A stretch of 64,000 bases of DNA, from the NCBI GenBank assembly GCA_028534125.1, contig CM052816.1, positions 85,872,001 through 85,936,000 on the forward strand, written 5' to 3'. Shown here in pieces: positions 13,021-25,134 of the stretch. Source of the DNA: Lama glama. Taxonomy: Eukaryota. The stretch's first letter is position 1; every line of letters starts with the position of its first letter. Both the position numbers and the translations under genes were made by a program. The notes beneath the pieces are model-generated. The model was not told the origin of the DNA. It was given only the letters and a program-made list of their open reading frames with translations, and did no database searches.

Positions 13021-16000
13021 CATTATGGTGTAAGATTTACCATTCGTAAGATTTTTTTCTACCTCAAGGTTAAAATATTGAATTTCATTCCATGTAAGAT
13101 GCTTCATTAGAATGTGATTAAATTTATTATTATGAGATATATTCTGTGGGCCAAAGTATTTTAACTGGCTGCCAATATGGAGAAAATAATTTGATAGAGA
13201 AATGAAAGAGCATTCAGTTGCCTGAATGGTTTATAACATAAAAAGAGAGTTGTCTCATTTCTATTAAGAGAGGAAAATCTGTTTTCCAAAACATTTGATT
13301 GCATATTTTTTTCTTGACTTGTGCAAATTTCTAACTCACAACACATTATATGTTGCCACTGTTATAACAAAATCAACAGTCTTTTGCAAACAAGAGCATT
13401 GCCTGTTCATTTCAAGGTAGAAAAGTGTTAACCTGACATACAAATTTCAAAATGATTCTGTTGTATATTTGTACTATAATTTGTCCAACTTCCCAGTCTC
13501 TTCCATACATAGAACCTGATGATATTAATCTGCAAGATAAACCCTACTGAGTGTCTGAACACAGTTCTGATGAATGTGAACTCTAAATCATGTTGCCTCT
13601 ACCAGAATTCACTATAAGTGACTAATACATTGGCCCAAGTCATGACTCTAAGTAGGTAATTAACATAAACATGTTGAATGAAAGTGCATAAATATAGACG
13701 TGGATAAAGTTCTCTTGAATATTTTTTGGAACATTATTTAAGTGTCCCATAATGCTACCTCCAGAGTTCTTTATTCTAACTTCATTCTGTTTTCTGGCTC
13801 CTTTTAACCTACCTGAATTTACTATAGTGACAGGTGTTCCTTATTGATCTTGTTTTGGCTTCTGCATCTGGATTCACTTCTGGTACATGGTCACACATCC
13901 CTGGTTGTCAGGAGGCTTAATTCCTACTTTCTGACTTAAGCCCTTGCATTTATTTAGATCCTGCAGTAGGTTCCCAGTAGTGCTTCTTTCTCCATCCTTT
14001 CAGATCAGCTTACATCTTTTCAGACAACTCATTCCAGTCAATTACCCAGTTATACCCATGGAATCTACCTCTGGTTTGCCCCATGGATTATAACATATGC
14101 AAATTCTCTTCTAGTCAAAATCCATATTCAAAGTTTTGCTTTCACACCAGGACTGGATCTTTGCCCTAACAACAATCTGTATGGCTGAGACCTTAACATT
14201 CTCTCTGGTTTCTGAAAGTTCTCTGGAAGATAGTTAATATAGTGCAATGTCTCAGATCAGCAGACTGGAACATCTGAACTTTTTCTGCCATATCCAATGC
14301 AAGGATTGAAATTACTTAGATATCTACATTGACCCAAATCAGTTCTTTAACAACCTTGGACCTTGGACATCTGACTTCTGATTCTCTGAGCTCTTAACTA
14401 TCACCCATTCCTACATACCTTAAAAGAAGGTGTAGTTAGATCATTTCATCTTCAGTACAAATTTATCTCCCAGCTAATCTCTCTCCTGTTGCATTTAAGC
14501 TTTAAATCACTCTGTGAGATTTTTCATTCTTCAACATTTCCATTTTTTTCTTTTTATCTCTTTTATCGTCCTTCTTATTTTTCATGTATTTTTTAAGCTT
14601 AGGGAAATATTTGCTTATTTAAGACAAACATTTTAGTCAGTTGTAGTTGTTTATGTATTTTTTTAGTCTTTAAGCATAATAAAACCATTTGTCTTAAGTA
14701 AAATGTCATATTTCCTCATTTCTAATCTTTTATTCTTTGAGGGACAGGGTGGTGGTTTTTTTTTTCTTTTAGTTTTGTTCCTTTTTGCATTCTGCTTTTA
14801 ACTTCAGTGGTGATGTCTATAGTTGATTTAAAATAATTCAACAGCTTTGCTTCCTGAGTTGCTCTTTTTTTGACTTCAACATATTCCATGATTACAACTT
14901 TTTTATTAACTGCCTATGATTATATTGACAGTTGATATTTTAGGCATTAATTGACTTAAATTGTGTTCACTTTTGCCCAAATAAATGTATTTTTACCACA
15001 TCCAGTCAAGCACATTGTCAGGTTTATCATATAGAATCCCCAGAAAGAGCCATTTTCTAAAATATTGAGAATGACCTCTTCTTTGTATGGAGGTCCTGAA
15101 TCACATAAACCAGATATTGCTGAAATCTAAGCAATATGTAATTTCATTCTGCTCCCTTTGCTGTGAAATATAGAACCATTGGTGTCATGAAATCGAAGAA
15201 GGATAAAAATGAAGGTCTTTACTGATAGAAGCATGTGCAGTTTATATTAGATTAAGAGGGATGGAAACAGATCTGTAGCTTTTGAAGTACATGAAAAACT
15301 ACAGTAGCACCAAAGATACTGGCAGGTCAGGGGTGTAAATGGAAATAACTACTTTAGGGACAGACTGTTCAAGATCCATATTGAGAATCTGTGTGTCGCA
15401 TATTTCCAGAAAATCAATTTATTTTCAGTAACTTGGGAGTGCTATGGTTTATGAAATATAGTTATAGTTCAACTGTCAGCACAAAGCAGGATTTCAAAGT
15501 GAGTTCGCCCCTGTGGTTTTGCTCCTTTAGGAGAAAAACGCACCAAATATTTTACTTTGCTATGCACTTTTCAGCTTTCTATCTAAATTCATCCCACACG
15601 ATGTCTTAGTGTCTGTGTTCACTGCTTACAAATTAAAATAATTTGAGCCTATGTGTGAACTTGTTCATGTGACAGATGAGTCTTAAGTGAACTCGTCAAA
15701 CTGAATAAAATATTTAGACAAGTTGAAAAAAAGAAATTTTTACCTGTCACTGACTAATAAGTTGAAGTATGATTCTGCCTATGGAACACATCTACCTGCA
15801 GATACCTTTGGGCTGCAATAAATAAATAGTAAGTTCCTACTTATATAGTAATATCCCGTCAAAATAAATTATAGTCAATATCCAGATATTCCTAAACATA
15901 TCCTTCACTATTTTGTAGTGCATAGTGATAAGGGGAACACTTGCCAAGCCCTACTAGTTGTCATGTTGAAAAAATATCAAGTTCCCAGAATTATATACAA

Positions 16001-16896
16001 TACTGTATCTTATTAATGACTAAACAAAAACGTATATTATTAAATCAATCTACTATTTAATCACTTTTCTATTTGAGAAAAGATTTCATAAAATAACTTG
16101 AATATATAGAGAGCATTGTGACTTAACATTTTAATTTCAAATATAATCTCTTTCTATTAATAATAGAATCAGGATGTATATTTCACCTACTGGTATCTAA
16201 ACAGCTTTCTTCCTCTCTTTCAATAACATAATCAAAAGATCTTTTATTGACATTCCTAGATCCAGTAGTCTTGGTTTTCTTCCAGGGCCAATACATGGCA
16301 CAATCATTTAGTTAAAATATTGATTAGTATATAGGAATGCTGTTGTAGAAGTACAAGAACTTTCTGTGGTTCATAGAGTTCAAATTTTACTATTGTACTT
16401 TTCCTGTATGTCTGCTCTGCCACAGGAATTCCTTTATTCTTTAATAAATTTTAAAAAAAGAAAAACAGATATTACCTAGAGATAGAAGTAGGGAATATCT
16501 TTGCAAAGTTAGTTTAAGTGTCTATAGTCATATATTCAAAAGCCTGTAACCTTGTCTTAAACCTGGTCTCGGCCAGAAATTCAGCATAGTGCTTTTCATA
16601 TCTACAATTTCCATAAAATGTAAATGCTTCTGTTTAGGTCTTATTCCAAATATAGAATTTGACAATAGATTTAATAAAGAAAAAAGAGAAAGTAAGAGGT
16701 CACTGGTATCCTGAGGTTTGATGAAGAGAAGGGAGAGCAACAAAGCCAAAAAAATAAAGCTTTGAATAGAAGAGAGAAACTTTGAAAGCATCATGATTTT
16801 AGGCAGTCTCCATCAGTGATTGAGAAATTGTTTAGAAAGTGTTTAATGTAGCATGAGTGTATGATCTAAATGTGAATTACCCATATTTAGGGGTTT

Positions 16897-16931
16897 ATAT
16901 ACATATATATATACACACACACACACACACA
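16897..16931. repeat. Compound (TA)n(CA)n microsatellite
   Basis: atatacatatatatatacacacacacacacacaca. Confidence 0.9.
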
Positions 16932-17839
16932 ATGTGTTTGTAACTTTTTTAAAAGAAAACTTGGCAAACCTTAAATATCTGTGTTAGGTATCACCAGTAT
17001 CTAAAGAGACATTTCAGAGTCTGCTGATGAAGGGCACGCATTTAAGTGGCTGATTCTTCTTTCCCTAGTGCCCTAACGATAGTATAGGAAGTTCTTCATA
17101 GAATGCTTGGTAGGGAGTAACTAACTACTCAGTTTATTTTTGCTATGTATAAGGTGAGTATTAATAATACAAAATGAGAGAGCCGTTGCATTATTCAGGA
17201 CATTACATCCTGTTTTTTGAAATTGTCTATGTAAGTGTAAGAATTATCTCAATCTCACTAGTAGAGTGGATTTGCTAAAAACATGACACTTTTTTTTTTC
17301 ATCCTACAGGTTAAAGTACTATATTTTAGTGTCTTTCGTTGTTCATGTTTGACCACTAGTGAGTTACATTCCATTTTAATGTATGTAATTGTTAATATAT
17401 CTGCCCTCTCTCTGTGTCTTCTTCTACCAGCTGAGTGTAAAACATGGCTGACAAGGCACTCTGTCTCCCAGATAGCTTCTTCAGCAGCCAGCCGCAGAGC
17501 CCCTGCTGCCGGTCATGGGCCACAGTTGGTGGAAGAACTAATACTTTACTTGATAAAGAACAGATGATCACTGGGTAAAGGGAATAGCTCATTGGGGAAT
17601 GAGAACAGACATTATAGGCAGAAACTTCAGTGATAGGATGACCAGAAACTGTTCTTCACGTATGCTGGATAATGCTGCCTGTTTTGGCTTATATAACATT
17701 TGAGTGGCATCCCAGCGACCTGTAAGCCAAAAGCCCTGCCAATGCATGCTTGTTCTGAAAATAAGACCATTGTTCATTTTTCATGCAATCTTATTTTCAT
17801 TGAGGAATAATTTACACCTACCAGAATACACAGAATTAA

Positions 17840-18500
17840 GAGAATATTTCCACCAACCCCTAAAATCTTCTCTTTTCTTTATTTACCACCACAGAAGAAA
17901 CCACTCCTCTAATGTCTATCCCCTTGATTAATTTTGCCCATTTTAAAACTTAGTATAATTACTTATATAACTATTATAATAATACATTTGTATCTGTATT
18001 TTTTAACTTAGTATAATGTTTTCAAATGTATAAATAGCTTATTTTTATAATTATTATATTAAATAAATACTCAACAATATATAATTTTTCCTTTGACGGA
18101 TATTGTAGTTTTTAGTTGGTATGAATAAAGCTGATAGAAACATTCTTGTACAAGTTTCTAGCCTTTCTTGTCTATTGATACACACTCACACATCTATCTG
18201 TATCTACATCTACAGCTCTATATCTCAATCTCTATCTAATCTATTTGTATAAATGTCAATACTGTCCTGTCTAATTTTGAGTCTCTTAGATACTTTGTAT
18301 TTTCATACATATTTTAGAAGCAGCTTGGCAATGCACACAAAAAGATTGGGGAAAAAAAAAACACTCCTGGGATGGTGTTTGCATTTGCTTCGACTACAGA
18401 AACAAATCAATCCCATTGATACCTTATTTAGAAGGTGAGGTTTTTTAGGTATTCTTTATTTTTCTCAGCAATATTTGGTAGATTTAGTAAAGCAGATTAT
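17840..18500 (-). mobile_element. Old L1 fragments (3' UTR piece and ORF2 piece)
   Basis: ttaattttgcccattttaaaactt...atgaataaagctgatagaaacattcttgtacaagtttc, then ctttgtattttcatacatattttagaagcagcttggcaatg...ctgggatggtgtttgcatttgc. Confidence 0.65.
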
Positions 18501-19499
18501 TATTTCTAACACTTGAAAGGAAACAGTTTTATTGTACCTAAGATCTACTAATGCATAACCACACAGATACTCAGTATTATATTTATCAATAAAAGTAAAG
18601 GAAGAACTGTTAGTTTATGAAAATAGTTTTAAGTTCCATATATCTTTGAATAATTGAAAAAAATAAAGCCATTTGATCACTTATGTAAATTTTTAATCAA
18701 TGTTGGCAATCTAGAATTTGAAGGTGTCATTACAACATCTTAATAATGAAATTAATGTAGCTCTTTCAAATAATTCATCAGGAAGAATTAAAACCTGAGT
18801 TGGAAACAATGTAAATAAAATTGTCATATACAAAACAAAAGTATTCTTAGTTCAAAGATGGACCAAAAATTTTAGACTAGATATTTCCACTACCATGATA
18901 TCTAATAAAGTTGAAAGGCAAAGATTTAATATATGCAGAAATATTTTTTCTTTTTTTTCCTAAAAAGAACAAAATTTAACAAGAGGAATGATATAAGGCT
19001 ATACATTTCAAAAAATGGCAAAAAAATGATCAAGAAAGAAAACATACACATTTAGTGCATCATGGATGCTAATTTTACTTACTCTCATTCTCCATAAGCC
19101 ATATTGTTCACATGACAAAATCCTGAGAATTTTGTAATAATGCTATTGAGTTTAGAACAAAGGTAAAAAAGTGGATATTCTTTATTGTCACTCCTCTCTA
19201 TGAAGAGTAGAGGAAATAACTGTTGCAGATAAACAGTGTGAAGAGGGGATGAAAATTATCACTGCTGATTCTTTTGCATGACAAGATTTCAGGCATCTAA
19301 AATAAATTCATGAAACCCTGACCCCATTCCTACAGTGCAGATGGGTACCATCCTCACAGCAATGTGTGATAAATTTACATGATATTTAACGAAGTCAGGC
19401 AAGTAAGCAGAGCACCGTTCTCCTAATTCAGACTAAACGGAGTATTAGTCAGTTCTTCCACCCACCCCTAACTTCCCTATAGTTTAACTTAGAGGGAGT

Positions 19500-20240
19500 C
19501 TATTTGAAATCACCCAAGTGGAGAAGATCATCAAGAAAAAGTCAGATGAAATAGGACATGTGGACAAAGTGGCCTACGTTAACATTAAGTAAGATGAAAA
19601 GACATGGCCAGATAATTTGAAATTTAAAAAAGTAAAATAAAGACAGTGTGCAAAAATTGTCAAAGGGACCACTCTGGGAGAGATTGAAATATCCTATAAA
19701 TGTTTCATGTATGAGAACAACTGAAGTAGAACAGGATTTAAGTTTTATAAGGAAAATTTTAATAATGGGTTGCCATAATGATATAATTAGCTAAAATCAG
19801 ATATTAAAAAGCAAAGTTGGGAGAAATGGATGAATACCCAACCAATGCTTTTTCGTGTTAAGACATATATTAAAAGTAGCAATGAATAGACAACCCAAAC
19901 TTGACATAGAAGGAAAACTTGAGAAAATTACTGTGAACTTAGAAGGAAAAACAAATTAGAGAAATGAGAGAAAATAATAGACATGGGGGAATAGAAAAAT
20001 AATAGTTTAAGTCTTTGAAGTAGAAAAATCCAAAAATAAAATTATATCTAACAAATCAATCAGAGTCAGAACTTGAAGACAGTAAAATAAATATCCCTGA
20101 AATTAAAGATCTGAAACTATATATTGAAAAGGGTTATCAGAATGCAGGGAAAAAAAAAACTAAAATAAGTTTATTGGTTCTCAAATATGTGCTGACTCAG
20201 ATATTAAATTCAGAGTCAAATAAAGAATTCTTAATTTCCT
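19500..20240 (+). mobile_element. Old L1 5'/ORF1 remnant (L1ME-like)
   Basis: A-rich tract with gaaggaaaacttgagaaaattactgtgaac...gacatgggggaataga...atccctgaaattaaagatctgaaactatatattgaaaaggg, typical of decayed L1 ORF1. Confidence 0.55.
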
Positions 20241-20550
20241 AAATACCAGTTAAGAATGCAAATAATAGATAATTTGATAAATAATGGTTAAAATAAACAG
20301 CTATTATAAACATTTGTTTACAATAAATGCAACCATGTAGTAAAGTCATCAGGGTCACACACAGCCTTCTTCTAACTTCCTGTTCTGGCATGTGGCTCTC
20401 ATCTCATGTATGTAAGGTCTTGTACTACCACTGTAGATGCTGCTTATTTTCAGGCATGAAGGATGGGGTGTGAAGAATTAAGGGTAAATAGGGAGGAAAA
20501 CAAACTCTTTTTGTTTCTTATCAAGGCTTTCTTTTTTTTCCAAGGGGAGA

Positions 20551-21168
20551 GTAGTGGTTTTGTAATGTGTTAATGTGGTGGTAGTGATTTTGTAATGTGT
20601 AGTAAACTGTAACCAGAATTTTCTTTTTCTATATTTCCAATTTAGGATTAGCTATGAGAAAAACCTGCATGAGATTTAGGTAGGCAAAAATGAGGCAGTG
20701 CCTATCACAGTCAAGGTCATCAGTAAAGGGAATAAGGGAAAGACACAGTGTAAGGCGGGTTTCTGTTTATCCATACATTTTCTCCTTCAGCGTATTTCAA
20801 TTTCCTTCAGTTCTGACTGATTGTCATCCTTGCAGATCAATTTTGACCTCCAGGCCTACTACCAGGAACTTTTTTTTAATTCACAGAGCCACCAACCTTA
20901 CATAGGCATCAACATTCCCCCTCCTGCAGTACCATTACAGCAGCTAGATATGCTTAGCTTTCTGTGCCTAGCTTTCTGCGCCTAGCTTTCTGCAAGCTTC
21001 AATTTGTTCACTTTCACTGGAGCTGCTTAGTGACATTATTCTGATTAATTCTGAACATTTAATTCTCTAGTTCTTCCCACAGTGTGTATGATGTAGTTTC
21101 TATATAAAATTTCTTGTTGTTTAATACTCAGAGAGTTCTGCTTCCCTGATTGAGATCTAGCAGATACA
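20551..21168 (+). mobile_element. ERVL-class solo LTR (MLT2F/LTR52-like), nested in an MLT1 LTR
   Basis: Starts gtagtggttttgtaatgtgt...ccagaattttctttttctatatttccaatttagg and ends ttctgcttccctgattgagatctagcagataca. Confidence 0.65.
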
Positions 21169-21199
21169 TGGGCATTACATTGGCAGAACTATGCCGTTT

Positions 21200-22175
21200 A
21201 AATTTTTAGTTTATTTAAACTAAAAAAAAAAATAGTTCACCCATTTCTCCCACTTCCTTACCCCTTATTTCTGGCAACCGCTGGTCTGTTCCCTGTATGT
21301 ACCTATAAGCTTGAGCTTGTTTTTTTCTTTTTGTTATTGTTGTTCTGGGTGTTTTTTGTTTATTTGTTTGTTTAGATTCCACATATAGGAGAGATTGTAT
21401 GATATTTGTCATTTCTCTGTCTTACGTCACTTAGCATAATGCCTTTGAAGTCCACTCTTGTTGTCACAAATGGCAAGATTTAATTCTTTGTAGTGGCTGA
21501 ATTTTATATATATATATGCGCTGCCATTTATATATTCACCCACTGATGGATATTTAAGTTGTTTCTGTATCTTGGCTATTGTAAATAATGCTGCAGTGAA
21601 CTTGAGGGTGCGTATATATTTTTGAGTTAGGATTTTCTTTCTTTCTTTTTTTGATAAATACCTAGAAGTAAAATTACTGAATCATACAGTAGTTCTACTT
21701 TTAATATTTAAGGAACCTTCATACCATTTTTTACAATGCTACACCATTTGCATTCCCACCAGCAGTGTATATGGGATCCCTTTTGCTCCACATTCTTGCC
21801 AATGTTGGTATTTGCTGTTTTTTGATTATAGCCATTCTAACAGATGTGAAGTAATATCTAATAGTGGTTTTGATATGCATTTCTTTGATGATTAATGATG
21901 TTGAGCATCTCCATGTACCTGCTGAACATCTGTATGTTTTCTTTGGAAAAAATGTCTATTCAGCTCTTCTGCCCAGTTTTAATTGGTTTATTTGCTATTG
22001 AGATATGTGAGTTCTCTACATATTTTGGATATTATCCCCTTATCAGATGTATGATTGGCAAATATCTTCTCCCATTCAGTAGGTTGCCTTTTCATTTTGT
22101 TGATGGTTTCCTTTGCTATGGAGAAGGTTTTTAGTTTGATGTAGTCTCACTTGTTTATACTTGCTTTTGTTGGCT
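21200..22175 (-). mobile_element. 5'-truncated LINE-1 (3' UTR plus ORF2 C-terminus) with 15-bp TSD
   Basis: ttagattccacatataggagag...cacttagcataatgcc...cttggctattgtaaataatgctgcagtgaac. Minus-strand AATAAA at 21210-21215. TSD agaactatgccgttt (21185-21199) versus agaactgtgccattt (22176-22190), 2 mismatches. Confidence 0.93.
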
Positions 22176-23817
22176 AGAACTGTGCCATTTGAACACTGCT
22201 AAGTATAAGAGGATGAGCAATGGGAGTAGTTGTAACTGGGCACATCACTACCTCTAACATATGTAAGGTCTTGTACCACCACTGTAGATGCTGCTTATTT
22301 TCATAATGAAACTAATTTTACTAGGGAAGAAACAGGACTAGTCATTGGGTAAGCAAATGAGAGAACTTATATAACGCTTTATGTCTCTAGCTAACTAACA
22401 TGCATTCACAAACTCCTCTTGACAGAAAGACACTCAGACATTCACCCAGCGAGAAGCTCCAAATCATATTAAGTGACTGTATTGAGCTTGTGAACCAAGC
22501 TCTTTGAGCTGCTCATTTTATTCTTCATTAATCCTGGTGTAGTTCCTCAAGACCTTACAATTAAAATCATTAAAAATATGTTATCTGCTTCCAACAAACT
22601 GGCATACAGTAAAGGAGAAAGAATTATTAACTGTGATGACAGTCCTGAACTGATAAAGAGAGAATATGAAACCAACAGCAGTCTCTGGTCCATGACATAT
22701 ACCAAATTCTTATGGTTTGTAATTAGGAAGAGTGCATACTCCTTTCAGTGGGGGATGTTACTTGGTTAGTCAATCATGCTGCCCCTAGTTCATTTCTCTC
22801 ATAGAATCTCCACGGTCCATTTTGTTTCAAATTCCATGGATCCTCCTCCTGGGAAAATCATTCATGGTCATTATACACAATGTAAATCCATCTCAAGGAG
22901 ATTGCCGCTACCTGGGACTTCACAGTGTTTGTGCTAAAGGAAACTATTGATGACCCTTACTTTTACTGTTTCTCTCTTACTCTTTCTCTCTTACTGTTCA
23001 GCCAGTGCAATTTTTGCTTTCTTGGTTGCAAGATGGTTGTTCCACATCCAATGATTAGAACTAAATTTCAGGCAGGAAAAAAGAAACAGCTAAAGGAGTC
23101 TAGGGAGACATATCTTTCTAAGTTTTACCTTTTCATTTATGAAAAGCTGCATTACACAAAGACTTTCATCACAACTACATTGGTCAGAATTCTGTCACGT
23201 GGACAGCAGTGTCTGCATGGAAATGTAGATAAATGAATATTTGTAGCTGGGCACATTGCTGCCCTGCACAATAATGGGACCCCATGAATAAGAAGAGGAG
23301 AGTGATTGATATCAGATGGGCATCTACAAGAGTCAGCTATTCTTGGCAAATTATTGGATGAAACATGTGCTTGAACGAGTTCTTTCAGTCAGAGGGAAAG
23401 AGAGACAGAGACAGAGGTAGATACTAAAGTAAATTTCAAAGTATATCTCCATTAACTGGAATCCACAATAAAAATTGGTAGCTGACAATGTGTAGTACTT
23501 GTAGTGACAGGTCCAGATATAAACTAGCCAATGGGGCCAAAAGCAAGTTATTAGTTTAGGGCTGGAGGAGAAGCAGAGTTGCCCCAACCAGAAGTGAATT
23601 CAAATCTATGGTACTCATGAATTTAAATCCTGAAACTGGCGGTTTGTTTGGACAAGATCCCTACACTAAGGTAGAAAGAGAGGGACTGGTGAAAAACATG
23701 CATTGTATTCTAGCAATTGGAAATTGACTATGAAATTATCTCTCAGAAAAATAGACAGAAGGAAAAAAATCCAGTTATACATCCAAGGATTCATACAAAA
23801 TTAGATTTCAAAGAAAC

Positions 23818-24339
23818 TGCACCAAAAAATTTAAACAGGCAAGGAAGACTTCATTCAAGATAATCCCAATAGGAAGAGGTTGGAACTCAGTCTGAGCTCT
23901 GGAAAAATTTTAAAAGCTGAGATGGGGAAATCATAGTCAACCTGTAGTTTCCGACTGACTTTACTCAAAACAAACAAACAAAAAAAAGTAAACTTTCTTA
24001 TATCTTCATGACAAGGGGTAATTTTACGACTTGAAGCAATATAGTATTGAAGGTAGGCTCCTACCCTGTTACAGAGCCTGGGAGATGGAGGCACCAATTT
24101 CTTGATAATTACATTTCAAAGGAATGGTTCCCAGGTCCTTGAGAAAACAATCCTAGTTTGTGAAACTGGGAGTAGGTTTTGAAAAATATTTATATCTCAG
24201 AGGGGCAAAGAAGGAACTTAGAATTACAAGTTTTCTAAAATAAATGCTCTAAGAAAAGGGAGATAAGGAACTGAGAGTCAGGAAGGAGCCTGTCTAAAGT
24301 TTAATCAAGCAGAGGGAAACATCAAGACCATTTTAATCA
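23818..24339 (-). mobile_element. ERV1-class solo LTR (MER31/MER67-like)
   Basis: The reverse complement begins tgattaaaatggtcttgatgtttccctctgcttgattaaactttagacaggctccttcctgactctc...cccttttcttagagcatttattttagaaaacttg. Homologous to the + strand copy at 51962. Confidence 0.8.
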
Positions 24340-24678
24340 GAGGTATACAAGAAAGCAGAGCAAAATTACAAGCAGTTGATGGATTCCAGAATAGAAGAAT
24401 TCATATCCAAGAAGTAGAGGATGCTATAAAGCAATGAGAAAATACTTAAAAATTAGCACGTTTGAAATTCACGTGGAAATTTCGGAGATGATAATATGTG
24501 TGGGAAAAATAAAATAGGTGTAAATAAAGAAAGAAACTTAGACATATTGAAAATGAAAACATACTTATCATGCCATTGTCAAAAGAGTGGATTGCACATT
24601 AGGGAGAAAAATGGTTTAAATCAGAAGATAGCTCTAAGGAGACATCCCAGAATTTCATAGAGATTAATAAAGAGATGC
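24340..24678 (+). mobile_element. Old L1 ORF1 remnant (continues at ~25051-25125 after an insertion)
   Basis: gaagatagctctaaggagacatcccagaatttcatagagattaataaagagatg ... aatatgtgaaaaataatttagaaacatggac resembles L1ME ORF1. Confidence 0.55.
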
Positions 24679-25050
24679 TGGTCCTTGGCCACAGGAGCAC
24701 CTTCCCCAGAGAGGAGTGGCAGGAAGGGGGCTGTGGAAGATGGTAAACCCCTCTCCCCACCTGCCTGTGCTGCTGCTTGGTGCCCTGAGAGCCCTGATGG
24801 GAGAGGGGAGGTGGACACTCTTGTGAGCCGGGGGGAGCTGTCCCCAGCCTGGGGCCTCTGCCTGGTGGCTCTGTGGGGAGCTGCTTATGGGTATGGTCTG
24901 TCCAAACACCTCGTTTCAAGTGGAGTGGCTTTGAGCTAGCAAGCAAGGCATCCCCACAGCTGATCAATAATTGTTTCTTCTTTTTAAACCATCACATCTT
25001 CATTTCACACTGGAAAACTGTGAGTTTTTGAACCCCTCCAAAAATAAATA
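24679..25050 (+). pseudogene. Putative processed pseudogene fragment (retrocopied GC-rich mRNA 3' UTR), parent gene unidentified
   Basis: Abrupt GC-rich island in AT-rich DNA, ending in an A-rich tail aaaaataaataaataaataa. Degenerate TSD aataaagagatgc (24666-24678) versus aataaataagtgc (25051-25063). It splits an L1 ORF1 remnant and matches no TE I recognise. Confidence 0.65.
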
Positions 25051-25134
25051 AATAAATAAGTGCAATATGTGAAAAATAATTTAGAAACATGGACAATTAA
25101 TAACGTCAACTTATACAAAACAGTGGTGTACAAA

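Larger units (their letters stand above)
20250..23345 (-). mobile_element. Old MaLR provirus remnant (MLT1J/K-like LTR - MLT1 internal - LTR) interrupted by younger insertions
   Basis: Left LTR pieces at ~20250-20545, 21169-21199 (cattggcagaactatgcc) and ~22176-22370 (ctgggcacatcactacc...cattgggtaagcaa). MLT-internal-like sequence at ~22380-22930. Right LTR at ~23000-23345 (ggttgcaagatggttg...cattggtcagaattctgtcacgtgg...gctgggcacattgctgccc). Confidence 0.6.

Noticed and set aside
24599..24967. Longest ORF (122 aa, minus strand) and overlapping ORFs on both strands
   Set aside because: Several overlapping frames stay open because the insert is GC-rich and stop-poor. The ORF crosses the insert boundary and resembles no protein I know.
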